Positions 49,304 to 59,368 of a DNA stretch of 64,000 bases are shown piece after piece (the first letter of the stretch is position 1; every line of letters begins with the position of its first letter). The stretch is from Candidatus Latescibacterota bacterium (lineage in GTDB: Bacteria > Latescibacterota > UBA2968). A model generated the notes under the pieces. It saw only the letters and a program-made list of their open reading frames with translations. It made no database searches and was not told the DNA's origin. The stretch lies in NCBI GenBank assembly GCA_965198115.1, contig OZ240241.1:5056001-5120000 (forward strand). The letters run 5' to 3'. A program made the position numbers and the translations under genes.

Positions 49304-49501
49304 TGGGCCGAAACTATACTCGGGGCTGCAGGGTCCAATCGATGAGGCCAGATCGGACCTCGAATTTGCCTATAGTTATGTGACAGGTTTTGCTGTTTGC
49401 GTGGCGCATTTCTCACTTTTCGCGAGGTGTGATCCCGGACACACTTTTCGTAAGTCCATACGAATCAACGGGCTGTCTCTTCCGATCGGCAAAGGCGCTG
49501 C

Positions 49502-49517
49502 TGGTACGGGCTTTGCA
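49502..49517 (+). promoter_or_regulatory. Sigma54 promoter with upstream IHF-like site
   Basis: TGGTACGGGCTTTGCA (GG-N10-GC). AATCAACGGGCTG at 49463-49475 resembles WATCAANNNNTTR. Confidence 0.7.
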
Positions 49518-49565
49518 CTATGTCTGTGCAAGCTCGTAGTCAACCGTTTCGGTCAGGAGGAGACG

Positions 49566-49799
49566 ATGTCAAAGGCTCGCGTATTGGTCGTGGACGACGA
49601 CGTGATGCTCCGGGATTTCCTGGAGAACCGCCTGACCGGCGAAGGCTTCGAGGTTACCACGGCTCCTTCGCCCGGCAAGGATTCTGGAACCGAATACGAC
49701 CTGGTGCTTCAGAATATTGAGAAGCCCTTCAGCCTCGGGAAACTGAATCGCAAGATTCGATCCCTCATCCCCCAGCGATCACACCGTCGAGGCTTATGA
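49566..49799 (+). CDS. Truncated (77 aa) receiver-domain-like protein
   Basis: AGGAGG RBS. VLVVDDD...YDLVLQN directly followed by IEKPF. Confidence 0.75.
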   Translation: MSKARVLVVDDDVMLRDFLENRLTGEGFEVTTAPSPGKDSGTEYDLVLQNIEKPFSLGKLNRKIRSLIPQRSHRRGL

Positions 49800-49918
49800 T
49801 GAGACCTTTCGCGATCATCGGTGGGTTGGCGATCCTTGTTTTCGCTTTGGTCGGCTGGATTTTCAAGTCCGAGCCGTCCCGTTGGCCTGAGCAAGGGACC
49901 TTCGAGCAGCAAGCCTGA
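49796..49918 (+). CDS. 40-aa single-TM peptide (not in the ORF track)
   Basis: ATGA overlap with the upstream stop. MMRPFAIIGGLAILVFALVGWIFKSEPSRWPEQGTFEQQA. Confidence 0.55.
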   Translation: MMRPFAIIGGLAILVFALVGWIFKSEPSRWPEQGTFEQQA

Positions 49919-50026
49919 GAAAACCATTAGGGAATTAGGGAATTGAGAAGCGTCGTTGCTCCCGTCCCTGACCCAGGAATTCCATGATTCCCTAATTGCT
50001 TAATTTCATAATAGAATCTACCCCAC

Positions 50027-50098
50027 GTGGCCAAACCCTCCCTGGTCACCGTGACTCCTCCAAGCGCCGTCTTTTCCCCGGGACGGCGCATTTTTATT
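50027..50098 (+). ncRNA. Candidate anti-SD-loop small RNA / structured 3' UTR with terminator
   Basis: Stem GTGGCCA/TGGTCAC with loop AACCCTCCC, linker CTCCTCC, terminator GCGCCGTC/GACGGCGC plus T-tract. Confidence 0.45.
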
Positions 50099-50150
50099 GA
50101 TCATCGAGATTCGAAGATCGAAGATTAAGGAGCGATAAGCGGGAAATCGA

Positions 50151-50179
50151 TTGCTGGCGTCCGAGCGGTTTGGTAATTT
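50151..50179 (+). promoter_or_regulatory. Putative tRNA promoter
   Basis: TTGCTG-17 bp-TAATTT. Confidence 0.5.
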
Positions 50180-50189
50180 CTGGCCCTGT

Positions 50190-50265
50190 GCCGCCCTAGC
50201 TCAGCTGGTAGAGCAATGGATTTGTAATCCATAGGTCGGGGGTTCGAGTCCCCTGGGCGGCCCCA
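50190..50265 (+). tRNA. tRNA-Thr(TGT), CCA encoded
   Basis: Cloverleaf GCCGCCC/GGGCGGC, anticodon arm ATGGA-TTTGTAA-TCCAT, T-loop TTCGAGT. Confidence 0.97.
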
Positions 50266-50296
50266 TACTACTTTCGTATAAACAACGATTTAACAA

Positions 50297-51615
50297 GGCT
50301 CTATCCGGGTTTCTCAACGGTGAAACTATAGAATGACAAGGTCATAGATCGTTCCCTACGCTTGGTTGTGTGTGTAGGACAATCAAAGCGAAGGGGGTGC
50401 GACCTATGACCGGGAGCAGATTACTATCGAAACTGCTGAGATTCAAGGGGTTCCGTGTTGTCAGCTGGTGGTTTGAGGGGAGAAGCTGTTTCGTCATCGC
50501 CGTAAAGCCCCATAAGAATGGTTGTTGTTGTCCGGAGTGCGGCTGTCGAGGTAAAATCGTCCGCACAATGCCCCATCCGCGTCGGTGGCGTGACATTCCG
50601 GTGTGCGGGTGGAGGGTCTGGCTTCTCTACCATCCTCGGGAGATTCGGTGTCCTACCCACGGTCGTGTGGTCGAGGAGATTCCGTGGGCGGAGCGGTTCT
50701 CTCGGGTGACGTATCGCTTCGAGTATGCCATGCTGCGCTACTGCCAGACCATGACGCAGAAGGCGGCGTCCGAGTTGCTGCGCATCTCTGCCTCGACGCT
50801 GTCGGATCTCCTTCACCGATCCATCACGCGGCTTCGTGAAGGTCATCGTATCCGAGGGCTCAAAACCATCGGGATCGACGAGATCTCCTACGCCAAGCGT
50901 CACAGGTACGCCACGCTCGTTTACGATCTGGACCGCTCCTGCGTGGTGTGGGTTGGCCGCGGCAGGGCGCGTAAAACGATCGATCGGTTCTTCACAGAGG
51001 CTCTCAGTCCCTACCGGAGATCCAAGATCGAGTGGGCCTGCTGCGACATGAGCGAAGCTTGAAGCTTACATCGGAGCCATCCAGGAACACTGTCCGAATG
51101 CCAAGCTGGTCCTCGATCGCTTTCACATCGTCAAGGCTCTCAATGCCGCCGTTGACGAGGTCCGTAAGGACCAGTGGCGTAAAGCTGCCCCGGATGAGCG
51201 CAAAGCCATGAAGGGCCTCCGATGGCTCCTCTACCGGCACTCAGCGACACGCTCCAGAGGGGATACTCGGACACTCAAAGCACTGGAGAAGGCGAACTAC
51301 CGAATCTATAGAGCCTGGAGACTCAAGGACGAGTTCGAGCAGTTCTGGGAATACAAAGCGCCCTGGGCTGCCGAACGCTTCCTGAAATGCTGGACGACGT
51401 CCGCACTCAGAAGTCGACTTGAACCCCTGCGAAAGTTCGTCAGGACCCTGCGACAGCACTTCTTCGGCGTCCTCGCATTCGTGAACACGCGTCTTACCAA
51501 CGCCATCGCCGAAGGCCTCAACCGAATCGTCCAAATCGTCAAGAACCGAGCCAGCGGATTCCGCACACTCGACGCATTACGATATGATCTTCCTTACCGT
51601 CGGAGACATAAACAT
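50297..51615 (+). pseudogene. ISL3 copy 2a: inactivated, right end missing
   Basis: GAAGCTT duplication at 51054-51067 creates a stop. 2-bp deletion near 51579. Abuts copy 2b. Confidence 0.9.
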
Positions 51616-53035
51616 GGCTCTATCCGGGTTTCTCAACGGTGAAACTATAGAATGACAAGGTCATAGATCGTTCCCTACGCTTGGTTGTGTGTGTAGGACA
51701 ATCAAAGCGAAGGGGGTGCGACCTATGACCGGGAGCAGATTACTATCGGAACTGCTGAGATTCAAGGGGTTCCGTGTTGTCAGCTGGTGGTTTGAGGGGA
51801 GAAGCTGCTTCGTCATCGCCGTAAAGCCCCATAAGAATGGTTGTTGTTGTCCGGAGTGCGGCCGTCGAGGTAAAATCGTCCGCACAATGCCCCATCCGCG
51901 TCGGTGGCGTGACATTCCGGTGTGCGGGTGGAGGGTCTGGCTTCTCTACCATCCTCGGGAGATTCGGTGTCCTACCCACGGTCGTGTGGTCGAGGAGATT
52001 CCGTGGGCGGAGCGGTTCTCTCGGGTGACGTATCGCTTCGAGTATGCCATGCTGCGCTACTGCCAGACCATGACGCAGAAGGCGGCGTCCGAGTTACTGC
52101 GCATCTCTGCCTCGACGCTGTCGGATCTCCTTCACCGATCCATCACGCGGCTTCGTGAAGGTCATCGTATCCGAGGGCTCAAAACCATCGGGATCGACGA
52201 GATCTCCTACGCCAAGCGTCACAGGTACGCCACGCTCGTTTACGATCTGGACCGCTCCTGCGTGGTGTGGGTTGGCCGCGGCAGGGCGCGTAAAACGATC
52301 GATCGGTTCTTCACAGAGGCTCTCAGTCCCTACCGGAGATCCAAGATCGAGTGGGCCTGCTGCGACATGAGCGAAGCTTACATCGGAGCCATCCAGGAAC
52401 ACTGTCCGAATGCCAAGCTGGTCCTCGATCGCTTTCACATCGTCAAGGCTCTCAATGCCGCCGTTGACGAGGTCCGTAAGGACCAGTGGCGTAAAGCTGC
52501 CCCGGATGAGCGCAAAGCCATGAAGGGCCTCCGATGGCTCCTCTACCGGCACTCAGCGACACGCTCCAGAGGGGATACTCGGACACTCAAAGCACTGGAG
52601 AAGGCGAACTACCGAATCTATAGAGCCTGGAGACTCAAGGACGAGTTCGAGCAGTTCTGGGAATACAAAGCGCCCTGGGCTGCCGAACGCTTCCTGAAAT
52701 GCTGGACGACGTCCGCACTCAGAAGTCGACTTGAACCCCTGCGAAAGTTCGTCAGGACCCTGCGACAGCACTTCTTCGGCGTCCTCGCATTCGTGAACAC
52801 GCGTCTTACCAACGCCATCGCCGAAGGCCTCAACCGAATCGTCCAAATCGTCAAGAACCGAGCCAGCGGATTCCGCACACTCGACGCATTCAACGATATG
52901 ATCTTCCTTACCGTCGGAGACATAAACATCCCTGAGCAGATTCCGAAGAGGTTCCGCACACGCTAACCGCGCCCCCATGCCAGGAACCACGGCACCTTCA
53001 CCCACTTCATCTCGTTGAGAGATCCGGATATAGCC
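51616..53035 (+). mobile_element. ISL3 copy 2b (1420 bp, intact transposase 51689-52966)
   Basis: Both IRs present. The tandem is flanked by TTTAACAA / TTTAAAAA (TSD with one mismatch). Confidence 0.95.
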
Positions 53036-53038
53036 TTT

Positions 53039-53066
53039 AAAAAGGCTCCCTCGCTGGAGCCTTTTT
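53039..53066. terminator. Bidirectional terminator-like hairpin
   Basis: AAAAAGGCTCC-CTCGCT-GGAGCCTTTTT. Confidence 0.7.
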
Positions 53067-53305
53067 GTGTTCTAAGACAATTATCCAAAAAGTATCCATC
53101 GAAACTTGATTTTGAGGGCCGGAGAAGTAGCTCCTTCGTCCGGCGCCGTTCCGCTGGCCGGCCCTCATTCACTCCTCGGACGGGGGAAACATGTCAGTCT
53201 TCGATGATCTCGGTTTGGACCGCGCCACGATCGAAGCTGGAATCGCGAGATTCAAGAAACTTAAGGAGGCCCGCAAAGAGCTTGAACCGATCCAAATAAA
53301 GCGCG

Positions 53306-53681
53306 TCGGCGTCGTCGCGGCCGAGCTCCTCGGCTTCGACCAGCGTGCTGATTCCCATGCTGTCCACCCACCGAAACCCCGGACGGGGGTGTTGACACCG
53401 TTCTCAGGGGAATGAGAGAAGTTCGCGGGACTCCTGTGGGCAGTGAAGTCGATGAGTCGCACAAATCGCTGGAACGGCGTGAATCTGTGGCAATACGAAA
53501 TTGATGGCAATCTTCAACCTAGCGCCCCCGCCACGCTCTTCGCCCGCTCAGCGGATTCCCCAGTTCCCCGCAGACGGCTCGCCCGACCACAGTCGTATCG
53601 CTTCGGCGTCGTCGCGGCCGAGCTCCTCGGCTTCGACCAGCGTGCTGATTCCCATGCTGTCCACCCACCGAAACCCCGGAC
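53306..53681. repeat. 79-bp direct repeat (53306-53384 / 53603-53681)
   Basis: Identical TCGGCGTCGTCGCGG...AAACCCCGGAC. Confidence 0.9.
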
Positions 53682-54747
53682 CGGACACTGCCTCCACACT
53701 CGCCCCCTCGTCATCCGAATACGCAAACACCCTCCACACACCGTTCGCGTCGAAGTAGTCTGCCACGAACGTCATCCACGGAATCTCCGCCCCCAGCGAA
53801 TCCAGCAACGCAACCTCCAGCTGTCCGATCAGCTTGGCCGTCACCGATTGCCCCGCTGGATTGTCGATCGACGCCGGCGCGCCCGGCAGCTGCCAGCCGC
53901 CGCGGTCACCGGCTGTCAGCAGGACCTTCCCGTCGTGCTCGACGATCAACCGTGCCTCGGCAAACGGCAGATCGCTGTGATGCGGCACCAGCCGCTTTCC
54001 CTCCTCGCTCAGCGTGTCGTAGGACCGCTCGCTGAACAGCTGCGGCCCGCAGCCCGGCGGCGCGTCGAGCGCCCGGTACTTGTTGTAGATCCCGAAGCGG
54101 TCGTGATTGGAGCCATTCGGCCGGCCCTCGTGCCACGTGAACATGCTCATGAACAGCAGGTCTCCGCGGCGCAGCTCGGCATCTACCAGCGGTGCGATGT
54201 CGGAAGCGCTCGCCCTCTCGACGCGGCTGACCCGCTCGTTGACCGGAACGACCCGGGACTCCTTGTGCGAGCCGGGCGACAGGAGCAAGGGCCCCGTCTC
54301 TTCGTCGAGATCGACCAGCGGGATGATGGCAAACAGCCAGTTGAGCGATGAGCCCGCCTGCTGATATGTCTTGTAGTCGCAGTGCCCCGTCGGATGACTG
54401 CCCTGGTAATCGCCCCCGGTGCCGGCGGCGCCCGGCGTCTTCAGGTACGAAATGAACGCCGACAGACAGGCCGGTCCTCCGAGCAGCTCTTCGACCGGAC
54501 CGAGCACCGCCGGGTGCTCGGCGATGAACAGCAGGTCGGGGTCGTCCTGGTACTGGCCCTCGACGGTGTACTGCGTGGCCGGCGTCGGGTACGGCTTGTC
54601 GCCGTTGAGGCAGTTTCCGCTCTTCACCGCTCGTAGGACGCCCCGTGCGACTCGCTCGAGCTCCGCCTCGGCGAACGTGTCGCGCAGGATCAGAAACCCG
54701 TCATCTGCCCAGGACTGCTTCTGGTCAGCAGTCAGTGATGTGCTCAT
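53548..54747 (-). CDS. PhyH dioxygenase fused to a C-terminal NUDIX-like domain
   Basis: GHCDYK, PGSH, TWHEG; then ARLIVEHDGKVLL...WQLPG. Confidence 0.8.
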   Translation of the reverse strand: MSTSLTADQKQSWADDGFLILRDTFAEAELERVARGVLRAVKSGNCLNGDKPYPTPATQYTVEGQYQDDPDLLFIAEHPAVLGPVEELLGGPACLSAFISYLKTPGAAGTGGDYQGSHPTGHCDYKTYQQAGSSLNWLFAIIPLVDLDEETGPLLLSPGSHKESRVVPVNERVSRVERASASDIAPLVDAELRRGDLLFMSMFTWHEGRPNGSNHDRFGIYNKYRALDAPPGCGPQLFSERSYDTLSEEGKRLVPHHSDLPFAEARLIVEHDGKVLLTAGDRGGWQLPGAPASIDNPAGQSVTAKLIGQLEVALLDSLGAEIPWMTFVADYFDANGVWRVFAYSDDEGASVEAVSGPGFRWVDSMGISTLVEAEELGRDDAEAIRLWSGEPSAGNWGIR

Positions 54748-54810
54748 CAGTTGACCTCATAAGTGTCGCATCTGCGAGAGAAAGCTTCGGCGCTCGCTGC
54801 GAGCCGTCAA

Positions 54811-55000
54811 GCGGGACCACGCACCTCGTGCTCTCACCGCTGGAACTGATCGAGAAGCTCGCCGCTCTTGTTCCTCCGCCTCGTCTGAACCTTGTTCGTT
54901 ATCATGGTGTGTTGGCGCCCAATGCCGCAAGTCGGGATCGCATCGTGCCAGGGCCACAAGAAGTGCTTGAGGAGGGCTGCACTCACGCCGAGCAGCCTCC
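54811..55000 (+). pseudogene. IS91-family (Y2) transposase C-terminal fragment
   Basis: GTTHLVLSPLELIEKLAALVPPPRLNLVRYHGVLAPN. Confidence 0.85.
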
Positions 55001-55080
55001 TCATCGAGGAGATGGCGCTGGGTTTCGGCTTCGAGGAGTTTGTCGCCAGCTGGGTCGTAGCGCCCGCGGAATCGCCTCCC

Positions 55081-55860
55081 TTATCCCAGCTTCTTTTCCC
55101 ATTCCAACAACCCGCTCACCATTTTCACAACGCGCGGCCTCTCGCTGTGGCGGTAGTTATGGTGCAGTTGCGAAGCATCCTGCCCGTGCGGTATCAGCGC
55201 CTCGTAGTGCGTTTCGGTCTCGGGCTTGGCAGCGAACTTCAAGGCGATGTAACGGCGTACGCTCTGCTTCCCGTACACCGCGTGGAACAGGTAGTGGTTG
55301 AACACCACGATGTCGCCCGGGTCTACCTCCAGGGGACAGCTGCACAGCTCGGAGCCCTCGACGCCGAATGCGGAAGGGCTGCTCCCGTGTTCCTGTGACT
55401 GAAGCGCTAACAGTTGCCGATGAAAGGGCGCGTGATGCGAGCCGGGAATGACGCGCAGAGCGCCGGCGTCTTTGCGCATGGACTGCAGATAAATCATGAT
55501 CTTGATGCGCGTGTACTGCAGGTCGATCTGCCCGGCTCGGTCGCAGTGCCACTGGTGGTCGTTGGTCTCGTTGAAGCTGCCCGATACCCCTTCCGAATTG
55601 CCCCAGACAAATCCTTCCCCGAGCAGCTGCTCGATCGGCCTGTAGATACGGTCGTCTTCGGGCAAACGAGCCAACCCGGGGCCCATCTCGACGAAGGGTG
55701 ACACGGCTTGATGACTGGGACCGCTCCTACTGCCCGGATTCGCCTCGAGCAACTCTTCGGCCTCGCTCGTCATCGCGACCATCTCCGCAGGCGTAAACAG
55801 GTCTTTCAGGCACAAGAAGCCGAAGGTTTCGAAGTGGCTGATCTGTTGCGCGCTCAACAT
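55081..55860 (-). CDS. PhyH-family Fe/2OG dioxygenase
   Basis: FETFGF, WHCD, LRVIPGSH, PGD...LFHA. Confidence 0.9.
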   Translation of the reverse strand: MLSAQQISHFETFGFLCLKDLFTPAEMVAMTSEAEELLEANPGSRSGPSHQAVSPFVEMGPGLARLPEDDRIYRPIEQLLGEGFVWGNSEGVSGSFNETNDHQWHCDRAGQIDLQYTRIKIMIYLQSMRKDAGALRVIPGSHHAPFHRQLLALQSQEHGSSPSAFGVEGSELCSCPLEVDPGDIVVFNHYLFHAVYGKQSVRRYIALKFAAKPETETHYEALIPHGQDASQLHHNYRHSERPRVVKMVSGLLEWEKKLG

Positions 55861-56267
55861 TGATTGGACCTTTGCTGGGTGCTCGTTCCCTGGTTTCATT
55901 TCGCCGGACACACCACAAACATAACCGCAACGGGATTGCGAGCGTCAAGAAAGAGACTTTGGTTCGCGGGGACCACCGGACGACGCGCCCTCGTAGACGA
56001 CGCGGAACGGGGGCCTGTGTCGGGTAGTGAGTGTGGGCGCGTCACGAACAGCAATATACTGCGTGTATCTTGATCTCGGTGAGATCGAAGAACGATTTTA
56101 CAAGCACTTACAGCATCCTCCGGAAGCACTTTGGGAGAGTAGTATCTTGAACTGATTCATAACCCCGCCATCCTGTTCCTCCTATGGTCAGGCTTTTTGC
56201 AGTTCCCGTAATCCCCTCCATCAGCCACGCTTGCCCGCCGTTCCTCGCCGTCGCATCTTGGGTTGCG

Positions 56268-58616
56268 ATGCGCACCTATGCCACCATCCTCTGCCTGCTG
56301 CTGACCTCAGGCCCGTCCTGGGCCGCCGAGCCGACGCTCGCACGGCTGTCTTTTTGGGTGCCGCCCGAACGGATGGACGAGTTCGCGACGGCCTACCAAC
56401 AGAAGCTGCTGCCCATCCTGAAGGGGCACGGGCTGGTGGAATCTGCCCAACCTGCTCGGGCTACGGTGGACAGCGTGTTCAGCCGGTTGTTCGAGTTCGA
56501 CTCGCCCACCGAGGTTCTCCCGATGCGGAATGTACTCGCTCAGGATGCGACGTTGATTGTTGCACTGGACAATCTCGGCGCAACATCGGTGGGGCCGTTA
56601 TCGCCAACTCGATTCGCGTTCGAGCACTATGCGACACCTGCGGGGTCGGGTACGGCTACGACGGCTGGCCCTGGTACGATGGTAACCGCAGGGCCAGGAC
56701 GCGGACATTGGCGCACATACGATGTGACGGATGGACTTGCAGGTCTGGATCTGCGGGGGCTCTTACAAGACCGGAAAGGCAATCTGTGGTTTGGGACAAG
56801 CGGCAGTGGGTTGAGCCGATATGATGGGCAAAGGTTCGAGTCGCTTACCACCCGCGACGGACTGGTAAACAATAGCGTTCGAGCATTCTTGCAGGACCGG
56901 GACGGAAACATCTGGGTTTGCACCCCAGGCGGTGTGAGCCGTTGTGATGGGGAAGCATTTGTAAACTTCACTGCCAAGGATGGCCTGGCGTCGGATATTG
57001 TCAATTCAGCCTTCCAGGACCGGGACGGGAACCTCTGGTTTGGGACAAGTGACGGGGTGAGCAGGTATGACGGTCAGTCGTGGGAGACGTTTACCACTGA
57101 AGACGGACTTTCGGACAATGACGTGTTCTCAGTATTTCAGGATCGGAACGGCGACCTCTTGTTTGGCACGCGAGGGGGTGTGAACAGGTTGGATGGGAAG
57201 ACCTTTCGTTCTTTCGCTCCTCACACCCTGTTGGCTGATAGTCGCGTCAACGTCATCATACAGGATCGAGATGGGAACCTCTGGTTCGGTACTGAGGCAA
57301 ATGGGGTGGTACGATATGATGGGCGAACATTCAGGGCTTTTAGCACAGACGATGGGCTGGGGAGCAAAACTGTGCTCTCGATTTATCAGGATCGAGAAGG
57401 CGGGCTCTGGGTCGGCACCTATCGTGGAGGTGTGAGCCTATTAGATGGGCAGCGTTTCGTAACCTTTTCCACCCTGAATGGATTGGCGGACAATCGAGTC
57501 TACGACATCCTGCAAGACCAGGAGGGACCTCTCTGGTTCAGCACCGGCAGTGGTGTAAGCCGGTATGATGGACAGTCGTTTACGCACATTCACCACAGAA
57601 GATGGATTGCCGTCTAACGGACTGAACGTTATTCAAGACTGGGATGGGAATCTTTGGTTTGGAACCTGGGGCGAAGGTGTGACTCGATATGATGGGAAGA
57701 TCTTTACTTCGTTCGGGGCAGCAGACGGACTGCCTGGTAGTGGTCAGGTGGGCGGGCTTTTGCAGGATCGGGATGGCAACCTTTGGTTCAGTAGCCAGGG
57801 GAGCGGTGTGACCCGATATGATGGAAAAACCTTCGTCAATTTCACGACGGCAGACGGTTTGGCCGGAGACTGGGTGATTGGGTCCCTCCAGGATCGGGGT
57901 GGCAATCTCTGGTTTGCAACCACGGGAGACGGGGTATTCCGATATGATGGGAAGACCTTTGTGGCGTTTACGACAGCTGATGGTCTGGCTGCCGATTATT
58001 TCTGGGGTACTCACGTGATACTTCAGGATCGGGGTGGCGACCTCTGGTTTGGAACCGGTGCAGGTGTGAGTCGGTATGACGGGAAAACATTTACCACCCT
58101 AACAACAGCCGATGGTTTGACGGGCAATCACGTGAGTTCGATCCTGGAGGATCTGGGTGGCAATCTCTGGTTTTCTACCAGGAGAGCTGGTGTAAGTCGG
58201 TATGACGGAAACGCATTTACCTCGTTCACTACAGAGGATGGGTTGGCCCACGATGATGTTTTGACCAGTTTACTGGATCGGCAGGGACACATCTGGTTTG
58301 GCACCGACGGCGGCGTTGTAAGCCGCTTCGATGGCCAGGTGTTTCAGACGCTCACTCACCACGATGGCCTCCACGGTCAATCAGTGTTCACCATCTTTCA
58401 GGACCGGAAGGGATACTTCTGGTTCCCCAGCCTCGGTGGTGGGACGGTGCGCTATCACTCGCCCGTCCCCTCACCTCCAAAGGTCCTTATCCACTCAGTG
58501 ATTGCCGACCAGCACTATGAAGGCGTTTCGAGTGTCGCCATTTCTTCAGATGTGCACCTGACGGCCTTCGAGTTTCACGGAATGAGCCTCAAGACCCGCC
58601 CCGGCGCGTTGGTCTA
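56268..58616 (+). pseudogene. Two-component regulator propeller (Reg_prop) sensor, frameshifted near 57585 and truncated
   Basis: Many QDRDGNLWFGT..GVSRYDG..F..FTT.DGL repeats. Stops at PGALVY, before any TM or kinase domain. Confidence 0.85.
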
Positions 58617-58733
58617 CCTGACTAGGTTCTATCACGGTAGTTCCTTCCAAGTGTTGTTTTGATGTGTCAGCCCTAATGTAGGGAAAAACAAACACTTGTA
58701 CAAGGGGACTACCTTTTTTATGCATAATTCAGG
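58617..58733. mobile_element. 117-bp AT-rich insert bounded by CCTGA...TCAGG (IS1380-like end / MITE)
   Basis: Right end TTATGCATAATTCAGG. Joins two truncated genes exactly. Confidence 0.45.
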
Positions 58734-59353
58734 TATGTACTTTCTGCCGACGAAAAGACCAGTATTCAAGCACGAGCTCGCAAGCACGTTACCCTACCGC
58801 CAGCCTCGAACAGAGCGGCACGCGTTGAAACACGAATACGAGCGGAAAGGAGCCCTGGCCTATCTGGCTGCTCTCGACGTGCACAATGGTCGAATCTTCG
58901 GTCTCTGTGAGTCTTCTTCGGGTATCGAGCCCTTCAACCGGCTCCTGAGCCTGATCATGAGCCGGAAACCCTATTGCTCGGCAAAGAAAGTCTACCTCAT
59001 CGTGGATAATGGCTCCTCGCACCGAGGGCAAACATGCATCGACCGTATCCAGGGGAAGTGGCCAAACATCCACCCCGTTCACCTTCCGATCCACGCAAGC
59101 TGGCTCAATCAGATCGAGATCTACTTCTCGATCCTCAAACGCAAGGCTCTGACACCTATCGAATTTGCATCGCTCGAAGAGCTTGAGGCAAGAATCCTCG
59201 GTTTTCAGGAACGCTACGGACGTATCGCCACACCCTTCAAATGGAAGTTCACACGAACAGATCTCGCGGAGATGATCGACAAACTCAGGTTCTACGATAC
59301 GCCCTTGGCAAAGTCTGCTTAGAATACGTCACCGTATTTGAGAACAGGAGTAC
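58734..59353 (+). mobile_element. IS630 copy 3, 3' half only
   Basis: Matches 47496-48115 and retains the right IR. Confidence 0.92.
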
Positions 59354-59368
59354 TTAGGGAGGTAAGTA

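Noticed and set aside
49260-49565. N-terminal extension of the 179-aa ORF in the track
   Set aside because: It spans a terminator and the sigma54 promoter; the RBS supports a start at 49566.
56700-58450. Tandem DNA repeats as a diversity-generating or array system
   Set aside because: They are degenerate coding repeats of beta-propeller blades; no reverse transcriptase or template/variable repeat pair is present.
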